Positions 37,052 through 45,879 of a DNA stretch of 64,000 nucleotides are shown here, piece after piece. How positions within the stretch are numbered: position 1 is the first letter of the stretch; each line of letters starts with the position of its first letter. This DNA comes from Terriglobia bacterium (GTDB lineage: Bacteria > Acidobacteriota > Terriglobia > Acidiferrales > UBA7541). The stretch covers positions 4,270 through 68,269 of the forward strand of contig JBGQGH010000002.1 of the NCBI GenBank assembly GCA_041497315.1. Direction: 5' to 3'. The notes below the pieces were generated by a model. That model saw only the letters and a list, made by a program, of their open reading frames with translations. It did not search any database and was not told the DNA's origin. A program made the translations under genes and the position numbers.

Positions 37052-37930
37052 TCATGGCTGCTTCGTCTCGCCGCCTTCGCCCACTTTCACCAGCTCGGTC
37101 CCCGGCGGCTGCTCCAGCTTGAAGCGCTCCACGCCAATATCTTCGTTCAGCGCCAACTGCGTGATGTGAATCTCCAGCTTGTAATCGTCCTGCGGCCTTT
37201 GCAGCACCACTTGCCGCGGATAGCGCACGTCCGCGAACGGCTGCCAATCCGAATACCGAATGTCCGAAGCCAGCTTTCCCCCCGCTGCATAGATTTGGAC
37301 GCGCGCCACGCTCAAATCGGCGCGGTCGAACCAAATCTTGCGCGCGACTTCGATCGGCAGCCGCGCGTTGTCTCCCGTTCGAATCGTGCGCAGCACTGTC
37401 AGGACGTAATAGCGTTCCGGCTCGGCGTTGAACTCTTCGAAGAGCACGCTCTGGTCCGTCGCAATCTCCGGCCAAAACATCGCGTCCAAGACGTGCTGCG
37501 GCCGCAAATTCTCGATGGCTTTGTTCGAAGGGCGCTCCAGCGCCGCGGGGCCGGTGATGAATTTGTTCTTCGAAGGAATGAAAATGTGAAACGTTTCTCC
37601 GTCGCTCACCATGTCGAAAATATTCTTGGCCAGCACCGGCGCTTGCCCGATCACGCGGATGTGCGAAGGCTTCTGCGCCAGGATGAATCCGTTCACCTCG
37701 TGATATTTCTCCTCGACCATCACGCCGTTGTAAGTCGCGCCGGCCGTGGTCTTCAGCGTCACCGTCGCTCGCAACGACTTCACCGCGCGCGACTGCTCGT
37801 TATATTTGGCGATCAGCTCGTCCGCCGTGGCCTCCATCGCCGGCCGCGTCTGACTCTCGGGGCGCGGGGTCTTGGTGCTGATCGGCGCGCAGCCGCCAGC
37901 CAAAACCGGCGCCACCGCCGCCAAAACCAT
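37052..37930 (-). CDS. lipoprotein, LolB/DUF4292-like fold
   Basis: Lipobox-like VLAGGC followed by LolA/LolB-fold-like sequence (SLRATVTLKT...FHIFIPSKNKF...). There is a 10-nt gap to the permease gene. Confidence 0.5.
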   Translation of the reverse strand: MVLAAVAPVLAGGCAPISTKTPRPESQTRPAMEATADELIAKYNEQSRAVKSLRATVTLKTTAGATYNGVMVEEKYHEVNGFILAQKPSHIRVIGQAPVLAKNIFDMVSDGETFHIFIPSKNKFITGPAALERPSNKAIENLRPQHVLDAMFWPEIATDQSVLFEEFNAEPERYYVLTVLRTIRTGDNARLPIEVARKIWFDRADLSVARVQIYAAGGKLASDIRYSDWQPFADVRYPRQVVLQRPQDDYKLEIHITQLALNEDIGVERFKLEQPPGTELVKVGEGGETKQP

Positions 37931-38119
37931 CCAGATTAGCCGCCGTTTCCTCAGTGTTTTTCTCCTCCCCAGAGGTAAACGAGCAATCTAGCAACCACTC
38001 TATGCAGTGTCAAAGGCCATCTGCGCCGCGTTTCGCGAAGCGGTGGCCATGCCAATGAACAGAACGCTCAGAACGCCCCCCAAACGCCTGTCGCCCGATT
38101 CGCGGTATAATTAAGGGCT

Positions 38120-39745
38120 TTGCTCACGGTCAATAACATCTCTATGCGCTTCGGCGCCAGGCGTCTCTTCGAAGACGTCACGTGTTCCTTTCTCCCCGGG
38201 CGGCGTTACGCGATCTCCGGCCCGAATGGCGCGGGCAAGTCCACCCTCATGAAGATTCTGAGCGGCGAGATTGAACCTTCCCAAGGCTCGGTTACCCGGC
38301 CCAAAAAACTCGGTGTTTTGCGACAGGATCAGTTCGCCTTCGACGAATTCCGCGTCATTGACACCGTCATCATGGGAAATGCCCCGCTGTGGAGGGCTCT
38401 GGAAGAGCGGCACGCGCTCTACGCCAAGCCTCACGACGCGTTGACCGACAAGGACGGCATGCGTCTCGGCGAGTTGGAAGGAATCGTCGGCGAAGAAGGC
38501 GGCTACACCGCGGAGGCCGATGCCGCGGTGCTCCTGGACGGGCTGGACGTGGAAGACGCCCTGCACGAACGCAAGATGAGCGAATTGCAAGGCGGCCAGA
38601 AGGTGCGCGTGCTGCTGGCGCAGGCGCTCTTCGGCAGCGCGCCGGCCTTGCTGCTGGACGAGCCCACGAACCATTTGGACCTCGAATCCGTGCACTGGCT
38701 GCAGGTTTATTTGTGCAACTACGAAGGCGTTCTGGTCGTGATCTCACACGACCGGCACTTCCTGAACAGCGTCTGCACGCACACCGCCGATATCGACTAC
38801 GAAACGGTGATCGTTTACAACGGCGGATACGACGAAATGGTTTTGGCCAAGACGCAGATCCGCTCGCGCATCGAAGCGGAGAATTCAGTGCGCGAAAAGA
38901 AAATCGCGCAATTGAACGAGTTCATCGCGCGGTTTTCGGCCGGCACGAGATCCTCACAGGTAATGTCCCGCAAGAAAGAAGTCGAGCGGATTCAGACTTC
39001 GGAGCTGGCCAAGTCCAATATCCAGCGGCCGTACATCCAATTCCAGATGAAGCGGCCCTCGGGACGCCATCCCCTGGAGTTCAAGGGGCTCGCCAAGTCC
39101 TACGGCGATCTCAAAGTGATTCGACACTTCACGGCGAATGTTTCTCGCGGGGAAAAGATCGCGCTCACGGGGCGCAACGGTGCGGGCAAGACCACTCTAT
39201 TGAAATCGTTGCTGCGCAACGCGGCAGGGTTCATCGAGGATACGGAGCGCAAGTTTGCGGTGGATGGCGGCACGGTGGTCTGGGGCCACGAAGTGTCCTT
39301 GGGCTACTTTGCGCAAGATCACACGGATTCCATCGTTGCGGGTACAACGGTGATCGAGTGGCTGCACCAGTTCGATCCGCAAGCGACGCAGTCCGAGCTG
39401 CGCGGCCTGCTGGGGCAGATGCTGTTCAGCGGCGAAGATGCTTTGAAGCCCACCGGGGCTCTTTCCGGAGGCGAGGCGGCGCGGCTGATTTTCTGCCGGC
39501 TGATGCTGCAGAAACCGAATTTCCTGATTCTCGACGAGCCCACCAACCACCTGGACCTGGAATCGATCAACGCGCTCAACATCGCCTTGCAGAAATATCA
39601 CGGAACGGTTTTGCTGGTGACGCACGATCACGACGTCATCGATGAAGTCGCCACGCGCATCTGGCATTTCAAAGACGGGCACATCGAAGACTTCAAAGGG
39701 CCGTACGAGGAATATCTGGTTTACGCGCAGGAAAAAGCTTCGTAG
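38120..39745 (+). CDS. ABC-F family ATPase (two ABC domains, no TM; YbiT/EttA-like)
   Basis: Two Walker A motifs (GPNGAGKST, GRNGAGKTT), two signatures (LQGGQKVRVLLA, LSGGEAARLIF), and an inter-domain linker. Confidence 0.9.
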   Translation: MLTVNNISMRFGARRLFEDVTCSFLPGRRYAISGPNGAGKSTLMKILSGEIEPSQGSVTRPKKLGVLRQDQFAFDEFRVIDTVIMGNAPLWRALEERHALYAKPHDALTDKDGMRLGELEGIVGEEGGYTAEADAAVLLDGLDVEDALHERKMSELQGGQKVRVLLAQALFGSAPALLLDEPTNHLDLESVHWLQVYLCNYEGVLVVISHDRHFLNSVCTHTADIDYETVIVYNGGYDEMVLAKTQIRSRIEAENSVREKKIAQLNEFIARFSAGTRSSQVMSRKKEVERIQTSELAKSNIQRPYIQFQMKRPSGRHPLEFKGLAKSYGDLKVIRHFTANVSRGEKIALTGRNGAGKTTLLKSLLRNAAGFIEDTERKFAVDGGTVVWGHEVSLGYFAQDHTDSIVAGTTVIEWLHQFDPQATQSELRGLLGQMLFSGEDALKPTGALSGGEAARLIFCRLMLQKPNFLILDEPTNHLDLESINALNIALQKYHGTVLLVTHDHDVIDEVATRIWHFKDGHIEDFKGPYEEYLVYAQEKAS

Positions 39746-39800
39746 GGCCGCGTTTGCTCCTCCCAGAAAACTTCTCTTCGAATTTCACCTCTCGACGAGC

Positions 39801-40094
39801 TTACTGAGACCGCGCGACTTCCACAGAAAACGATTGAAGGACGGGCCGCAGACGGCGGACCACTTCGCTGGTCCAGAGTTTCGAGGTGAGGAGCGTGAGG
39901 AGGCCATTGTCGAAATCGCAGACGGCGCAGAAGTGATAGTTCGCGAACGCGCGATGGTAGGCGTCCACGCCGCGGCGAGAGAGTTCGCCCTCCACCAGCT
40001 CCAGACCCACGGCCTTCAGATCGGCGCCAAGGTCGAGCGCCTCAACCTGCAAGAGGTACGTGGCAGGGCCGGGCATGATGCGAGGTGAACTCAA
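39801..40094 (-). CDS. hypothetical protein
   Basis: High third-position GC that looks coding-like, while the opposite-strand ORF looks like nonsense. I recognise no family. Confidence 0.4.
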   Translation of the reverse strand: MSSPRIMPGPATYLLQVEALDLGADLKAVGLELVEGELSRRGVDAYHRAFANYHFCAVCDFDNGLLTLLTSKLWTSEVVRRLRPVLQSFSVEVARSQ

Positions 40095-40166
40095 GGTGAG
40101 GTTCCGTGCAAAGAAGTCGGCCGCCCGGAAGGTCGCCCTTACAAGAGTTTATGCAATCGCAGCGCG

Positions 40167-40733
40167 TTAGGTTCCTGCCGTGGCCGCGCTCTCGCCGAAA
40201 CGCTTCTGGTAATCGGGCGATTGCTTGCGCAATTCCAGCCAGTCAAAAAATGTTTCCGGCGTGTCCAGCCAGATTTTGAACCACTGCATGATCTCTTCTT
40301 TTTCCGCGCGCTTTTCCGGCTCTACCTTGTGGTTGCGCGCGATCATTTCCGCGCGGCGCCGGCCGAGCCGCGCCACTTCGAGCACGCGTTCCGTCGCGGC
40401 CTTTTCGCCTTCCGCGCGGAATTTACGCAGCAGCTCGTCCAGACGCATCAGGCACATCTCCGCGTCTTCCAGCGTGGCGAAGTGCAGCAGGTCGTGGAAC
40501 TCCTCTTCGTAGCGCCCGTCGGTATCGGCCTTCGTGGACCACACCACGCGCAGTCCCGCCGTCTCCAGCACTCCGGCGATGTAGTCCGCCGAAGTCTTGC
40601 CGGACGCGCCCATCTGGGCCACCAGTTGCCGACGGATCTGTTCCACTTCCGCGGGCGTGAAGCGCGGCACGCGCAGCGCGCGAGCAATCTCCAGAATCAT
40701 GGCTTTTTTCGTGGGATGTTCAGCGCGAGCCAT
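40167..40733 (-). CDS. hypothetical protein (helical, charged), co-oriented downstream of mltG
   Basis: Start at MARAEHPTKK (ATG 40733), overlapping the mltG stop by 14 nt. The listed 259-aa ORF is over-extended into mltG. Confidence 0.55.
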   Translation of the reverse strand: MARAEHPTKKAMILEIARALRVPRFTPAEVEQIRRQLVAQMGASGKTSADYIAGVLETAGLRVVWSTKADTDGRYEEEFHDLLHFATLEDAEMCLMRLDELLRKFRAEGEKAATERVLEVARLGRRRAEMIARNHKVEPEKRAEKEEIMQWFKIWLDTPETFFDWLELRKQSPDYQKRFGESAATAGT

Positions 40734-41778
40734 TTGTTCCCTTTGCGGCTGACTTCTTGTTCCCCGATTTCTTCGCCGGCGGGTCGGGCCGCCCCAGTAA
40801 CTGATGATACCGCGATACGTTGCGATTGTGCTCGGCCAGAGTTTTGGCAAAGAAGTGGCCGCCCTGCGTATTGGCCACGAAATACAAGTATTCAGTTTCC
40901 GCTGGAGCGAGCGCCGCGCGCAGGGAGCGCTCGCCGGGACTCGCAATCGGTCCCGGCGGCAGACCCGCGTGCCTGTAGGTATTGTACGGCGAATCGATGC
41001 TCAGGTCGCGCGCATCGAGGTGCCCGGTGTAGCGCCCCGCGGCTTCGAGCGCATACGCCACCGTGGGATCGCACTGCAAAGCGATGTTCAGACGCAGCCG
41101 TTTGGTGAACACGCCTGCGACCAGCGGGCGTTCCTCGGGAACAGGAGTCTCCCGCTCGACGAGAGAAGCCAGCGTCACCACAGATTGCATCGAACGTGTC
41201 TCACCTGACGCCGGCAGCGTGCTCCAAACTTCGCGGAAGTGGCGAATCATCGAGGTGGTGATGTCCTGCGCGGTGGGGTGTCGCGGGAATTGATACGTCG
41301 CGGGAAAAAGAAAACCCTCGAGCGTGCGCGCATGGGGAGCGAGATCGCTAATCGAGGAGGGATCGCGCGCCGCTTCGAGGAATGCAGCGCGGGTGACGAG
41401 CCCCGTCTTGTCGAACAGGTCGGCGGCTTCAAAGATGGTCAGGCCTTCGGGTACCGTGACGCTGATCGTGAAGACGCGGCCTTCCGCAAGCTGCCAGAAA
41501 ACCTGCGACGGCGTCTGCGCGTGATCAAAAAAATACTCGCCGGCCTGCAAAGTGCGCCGCGGATGATTCCGCGAAATGGCTTCGAAGACGATGCGGCTGC
41601 GGATTACGCCATTCTCGGCCAGCAGGCGTGCGATGGATCGCCGCGAAGCGCCGTGCGGCACCATCACGTAAACTCCCTCGCCGGAGGATCCCTGGTAAGG
41701 CAGGTAGAACGCTGCGGCGAACCATGCAGCGGCACCGAGAACCAAAAGAATTACGAGGACCCAGAGGAAGCGCCGCAT
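40720..41778 (-). CDS. mltG: endolytic murein transglycosylase MltG (YceG-like)
   Basis: N-terminal TM, LEGFLFPATYQF, LASLVERETPVPEERPLVAGVFTKRL, YNTYRHAGLPPGPIASPG and YLYFVA. Confidence 0.9.
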   Translation of the reverse strand: MRRFLWVLVILLVLGAAAWFAAAFYLPYQGSSGEGVYVMVPHGASRRSIARLLAENGVIRSRIVFEAISRNHPRRTLQAGEYFFDHAQTPSQVFWQLAEGRVFTISVTVPEGLTIFEAADLFDKTGLVTRAAFLEAARDPSSISDLAPHARTLEGFLFPATYQFPRHPTAQDITTSMIRHFREVWSTLPASGETRSMQSVVTLASLVERETPVPEERPLVAGVFTKRLRLNIALQCDPTVAYALEAAGRYTGHLDARDLSIDSPYNTYRHAGLPPGPIASPGERSLRAALAPAETEYLYFVANTQGGHFFAKTLAEHNRNVSRYHQLLGRPDPPAKKSGNKKSAAKGTNGSR

Positions 41779-41779
41779 G

Positions 41780-42358
41780 CTAGTCCTTGGCTCGCAGGGG
41801 CTCGCGATCTTTCGCTCGGGCGCGATCGCTCTGCGCCGCAGCGGTCAAGGCGTGCTCGCGTTCCAGATAGTCGCGAAGGATCACCGCCGCGGCCACGGCG
41901 TCAAGCGTATGCTGAACTTTCTTGCGGCGCGTTCCCGCGGGCGCGGCTTTTTGGGTGCGCGAGGAACGCGATTTGCCCTGCGAAGCGAGGACTTCGCCCG
42001 CTTCCCAACTGCTCAGGCGCTCGTCCACCAGTTCGACGGGCAAGCGAAACTCTTTTTCCACGCGGCGCGCGAAGCGCTCCGCTTCCGCGGCCATTTCGCT
42101 CGGCCTGCCGTCGAGGTGCACGGGATGGCCGACGAGGATGCGGCGCACGCCGTGCTCGCGAACGACTTCGCGCAGGCGGCGCGTGTCGTCGCGGCGGTTC
42201 TTGCGTTCGAGCGTGGCCAGCGGCCGCGCCGTCACCCGCGCGGGATCGGAAATAGCCAGGCCGATGCGCCGTCGCCCGTAGTCAATGGCGAGGATGCGTT
42301 CGGCGGGGAGATCCGCCGCAGGCGGGGAAACGTGTTGGGATGGCTTCATTCGTAGCAA
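41780..42358 (-). CDS. ruvX: Holliday junction resolvase-like / pre-16S rRNA nuclease RuvX (YqgF)
   Basis: ILAIDYGRRRIGLAISD and ILVGHPVHLDGRPSE...VELVDERLSS, with a longer than usual C-terminus. Confidence 0.9.
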   Translation of the reverse strand: MLRMKPSQHVSPPAADLPAERILAIDYGRRRIGLAISDPARVTARPLATLERKNRRDDTRRLREVVREHGVRRILVGHPVHLDGRPSEMAAEAERFARRVEKEFRLPVELVDERLSSWEAGEVLASQGKSRSSRTQKAAPAGTRRKKVQHTLDAVAAAVILRDYLEREHALTAAAQSDRARAKDREPLRAKD

Positions 42359-42560
42359 TTATACCGTGAATGCCAAGTGGCCCGCGCGCCGCTGTAACCA
42401 TCGGGCGAGCTTGCTACCCCGGCGGTGAGCAAGGTAACATATGGAAAGAGGCTATCGTCCAGGAGGCTCGCAACAAGAAGTGTGTTTGTCCCCAACGAGC
42501 ACCAAATGGCATGATGGGGGCTTGCCAGCCAATCCCTACATGGACCGCAAGGAGTGACAA

Positions 42561-42896
42561 ATGTCCGACCAAACGGCTGTCAATCCTGGCACACAGATTC
42601 AGATCGACGTGCGGAAGGCAAGCCAAGCCTGCAAGCTGCCCTACGTTTATTCCAATGTCGTTCTCGCTTCCCGAGTGGGGCAGGAAACCACGATTGAATT
42701 TGGGTTCTTGAACCACAACGACGTTGCCGTCGCTGTAGTTGAGAAGCGAGGTACCGCTGAGATCGAGGCGACAATGCATACGAGGATCTTTCTTACCCCA
42801 GCTGCAACTCTCACGCTTCAGAAGCAGCTAAACGCGGTAACTGAAGCACTTCTCAAGGAGTTTCCGCAGATTGCTGGGACGGTCGCAACGGAGTAA
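42561..42896 (+). CDS. DUF3467-like small protein (ORF A of the low-GC cassette)
   Basis: YVYSNVVLASRVGQETTIEFGF ... HTRIFLTPAATLTLQKQLNAVTEALLKEF fits the DUF3467 pattern (YaN...hS..EF..DF ... RI.LTP..ak.L..aL). A strong SD AAGGAG lies 6 nt upstream. Confidence 0.6.
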   Translation: MSDQTAVNPGTQIQIDVRKASQACKLPYVYSNVVLASRVGQETTIEFGFLNHNDVAVAVVEKRGTAEIEATMHTRIFLTPAATLTLQKQLNAVTEALLKEFPQIAGTVATE

Positions 42897-42906
42897 GGAA
42901 TCTGAG

Positions 42907-43413
42907 ATGAGAATGCTAGTCCGAGAGCGAGAAGCCACACAAGCAGCGGACCCGCGGCTGTCAGCAATGGCAGCGACCACCTGTGGGATGATGCTGTTCA
43001 CGGCTGCTCTCACTTCGACTGGCTGGAGTGCGGAAAGAAGAGCACACCTCCTACAGCCTGATGTAGTAATGGCCAGGGCGGCTGACCAGCTCAACCTCCC
43101 TGGACTGGCAAACCTGAGGGCAGGCGGGCTCCATGTAACGGCGCTGGATATGTTCAATCTTAGCGACGCTGTGACCGCGACGGTTTCGTTTCCCAACCTT
43201 GCCTACATCGAAGATTTCGACTCCGAACTCTCACCATTAGATGTTGGTGAAATCTATTGGGCCGCCTCTCTTACGGGCCAGAGACCTCTTCCAGGCCGTA
43301 GGGTTCTTGTGAATAGCGATGCTCAACGGGATATGCTGTCCGAGCGCATCTTGGGAAGCGCGACCGGCCTCACCCTGGGTGAAGATGACTTGGTAATCGA
43401 AGACTTAGACTAA
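42907..43413 (+). CDS. hypothetical protein (ORF B of the low-GC cassette)
   Basis: ATG 42907 has the SD AAGGAA 6 nt upstream and lies 10 nt after the ORF A stop. There is a possible single hydrophobic segment (LSAMAATTCGMMLFTAALTSTGW) and an acidic C-terminus. I recognise no family. Confidence 0.5.
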   Translation: MRMLVREREATQAADPRLSAMAATTCGMMLFTAALTSTGWSAERRAHLLQPDVVMARAADQLNLPGLANLRAGGLHVTALDMFNLSDAVTATVSFPNLAYIEDFDSELSPLDVGEIYWAASLTGQRPLPGRRVLVNSDAQRDMLSERILGSATGLTLGEDDLVIEDLD

Positions 43414-43432
43414 AAAAGTAGCCAGCCAACGA

Positions 43433-44203
43433 ATGTATCTGCGAAATCCAGCCCTTCCTCTTTCGCAGGGCGATATTTTCCCGGAGTTCCCTTCGATATA
43501 TTTACCGAACCGCGAAGTTCTGGTCGTTAGCGAAGTGGAAGGCAACGAACGGGCTTACCAGGTTGAGGCTCCTCAGCCAGGGCCGTGGAGAGACGCTGCG
43601 GGGAGAACCATCACCAAGAATGTTATTGTCCGCGCCGCTGAAAGCAACATTATCGTGATCTCCCAAACCTGCGACGTGGAGAGAGCCGAGACTCGCGTGA
43701 TTGACGGAATGTTGCGACCCGGATTGCGGTCATGGGTGACCTACTGCCCCATGATTCCTATGCGCGACATAGAGGGTGACCAAAACAGGCTCGACAATAT
43801 CAGGAAAAATGAACTTGTCTATCTTCACTGGTTGCCGGAGTACGGTTCCGCGGGGATTGACCTGGCCGAATCTGTTGTCTGTTTCCCCCAGGTTTCGAGT
43901 ATTCTGAAAGCAGAAGTCCCTTCTCAGACGTCTGATCTTGCCTCACGTATCGCCTCTTTAGAATCCCCGTTCAGGGAGCAGGTCGCGGCGAGATTCGCCT
44001 ACTTCTTCTCTCGGGTCGCCCTCCCAATGCAATATCCTGTTGGTACGACGCATGCGCCCGGCTCTCTTGTTCGCGAGACTGGAAACTACGTCTGCAGCGC
44101 GTGCGGCGGAGAGAACACGCTCTTGGAAGCCCGCGACAGAAGAAGATTTCCAAACGCCCACTGCGCGGGAGCAAGATGGCGCTTCGGCGGTAGACCGCAG
44201 TAG
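43433..44203 (+). CDS. hypothetical protein with a C-terminal CxxC...HC zinc-ribbon-like motif (ORF C of the low-GC cassette)
   Basis: 256 aa. Motifs LSQGDIF, IIVISQTCDVER, WVTYCPMIP and YVCSACGGEN...FPNAHC. It starts 19 nt after ORF B. I recognise no family. Confidence 0.6.
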   Translation: MYLRNPALPLSQGDIFPEFPSIYLPNREVLVVSEVEGNERAYQVEAPQPGPWRDAAGRTITKNVIVRAAESNIIVISQTCDVERAETRVIDGMLRPGLRSWVTYCPMIPMRDIEGDQNRLDNIRKNELVYLHWLPEYGSAGIDLAESVVCFPQVSSILKAEVPSQTSDLASRIASLESPFREQVAARFAYFFSRVALPMQYPVGTTHAPGSLVRETGNYVCSACGGENTLLEARDRRRFPNAHCAGARWRFGGRPQ

Positions 44204-44229
44204 GCCCGCGCCCGGGTGTCCCCGATGCG

Positions 44230-45798
44230 CTACGGTTGCCGGCCGCGCTTGCCGTTTTCCCACAAGTCCCACACGCCAAAGCCGTGCATCTGCTGGTCGA
44301 GGCCGGTTTCCTTCATCAGCGTTTCGATTTCGGCGCGCGATTGGCGTTTGCCCAGGCGCTCGGCGCGCTCGGCAATGCCGTAAACGGTGACGGCGGCGAG
44401 CGCGGCGTGGAGTTTCAACTCGCGGATGTCCACTTTGTCAAACGTGTCGGAAGCGGCGTGGTAGTTCACGATGTAGTTTGCCTCTTCCTGATTGGCGATG
44501 AGCGTGGGCACGCCTTCGACGAGGAAATCGAAATTGTCGGTGCCCAGCGGCGCGTCATAGGTATGTTGCGCGACGCCCCTGTCCTCGACCGGCTTCAGAA
44601 CCTCGCGCAGGCCCGCTTCGATATCGCGCCGCCCGCCCAGCGAATAGCCGGTGACGCGGCCGATGCCTTCATCGAAGATCACGACGGCAATGGCGCGGTC
44701 GAGTTCGGCGCGATGCGCCCGCGCGTAAGCCCAGGAGCCGAGCATGCCCTGCTCTTCTCCCGTGAAAAGGATGAAGCGGATGCTGCGCCGCGGCTTCACG
44801 CCCGATGCGGCGATGGCGCGCGCCGCTTCGATCACCAACGCGGCGTTGCAGCCGTTATCGAGCGCCCCGGTGCCCAGTTCCCAGGAATCGAGATGCGCGC
44901 CGAGGATCACGAACTCATCGGGCTTCTCGCGGCCGCGAATTTCGGCGACCACGTTTTCCTGTTCCGTCGGCCCGCCGATGCGGTTGGGCATGGCCAGGCG
45001 CACGCGCACCTTTTCCCCCGCGGCGGCGAAGCGCGCCAGGCGTTCGGCGTCTTCGCGCGCCACGATGGCTTGCGGCAAGCGATCGATTTCTCCTGTGAGC
45101 GAATTCTGGTGGCGATAGAGCAGGCCGTGCTCGCGCGTGGACATCCACAGGATGGCCGCAGCGCCCGATTTGACGGCTCGTTCGATGGTGCCCGGCGCGC
45201 GCAGGTATTCGTTGAAGAGGTCGTCCCAAGTGCGCAGCACGCCCGAATGAATCAGCACGATGGCGCCCTTCGCCGCGGCGCCCGCGCGCGCGAAGTCGGC
45301 TTCGGTGCCTTCGCCCAAATCCACGAGATCGGCTTCGATTCCAGCGGCGGGAGTAGCGGGCGACCAGCCCACTGAAACCAGATGCACCGGGAAACGCGCG
45401 AGCGAAAGAATGTCGAGGCGCGTGGCGCCTTCGCTCCAAGAGACCGGGATCGAATACTTCTCCGTGTGCACGTCGTCCACGCCCGAGCGGCGGAACGCTT
45501 CGACGCCCCAGGCCACCGCGCGGGCCATCGCCGGAGAACCGGTGACGCGCCCGCCGACGTGATCGGTCAACTGCCGAAGATTTTCTTCCATCGGAGATGG
45601 GCCCAGCGCATTGGCGATGATCTTCGGCGCGACGTCCGCGCACGACGTGGGTGAACTTGCCGAGCAGGCCGCCCCACTGGGAATTTGCTTCTGCATCGGC
45701 GCGGATTGCATGGGTGGGAGTTGCGCAAGAGCAGGAAGCAGGGAGACAAGGACGCAAAGAGGTACGGAAAGCGCGAAGAGAATCCGGCGATGCAGCAT
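44230..45798 (-). CDS. M28-family aminopeptidase with a PA domain
   Basis: Signal peptide, metal-ligand patterns ILGAHLDSW, FTGEEQGMLGS and NYHAASD, and a PA-like insert. Confidence 0.85.
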   Translation of the reverse strand: MLHRRILFALSVPLCVLVSLLPALAQLPPMQSAPMQKQIPSGAACSASSPTSCADVAPKIIANALGPSPMEENLRQLTDHVGGRVTGSPAMARAVAWGVEAFRRSGVDDVHTEKYSIPVSWSEGATRLDILSLARFPVHLVSVGWSPATPAAGIEADLVDLGEGTEADFARAGAAAKGAIVLIHSGVLRTWDDLFNEYLRAPGTIERAVKSGAAAILWMSTREHGLLYRHQNSLTGEIDRLPQAIVAREDAERLARFAAAGEKVRVRLAMPNRIGGPTEQENVVAEIRGREKPDEFVILGAHLDSWELGTGALDNGCNAALVIEAARAIAASGVKPRRSIRFILFTGEEQGMLGSWAYARAHRAELDRAIAVVIFDEGIGRVTGYSLGGRRDIEAGLREVLKPVEDRGVAQHTYDAPLGTDNFDFLVEGVPTLIANQEEANYIVNYHAASDTFDKVDIRELKLHAALAAVTVYGIAERAERLGKRQSRAEIETLMKETGLDQQMHGFGVWDLWENGKRGRQP

Positions 45799-45879
45799 GG
45801 GTGACGCTCCTTGAGAAACGGCAATCCGACTTCGGCAAGTGAGTGCGTGGCGGATTATAGCTCAGGAATGAAAAGCGGT

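Noticed and set aside
38389-39645. A 418-aa Arg/Gly/Pro-rich ORF overlapping the ABC-F gene in another frame. Similar long shadow ORFs occur at 44915-46006, 45811-47175, 59203-60150, 59223-60287, 7740-8711 and 19768-20673.
   Set aside because: All overlap genes with clear family motifs and have Arg/Ala/Pro/Gly-biased nonsense-like sequence with no recognisable domains. Spurious ORFs of this kind are expected in ~64% GC DNA.
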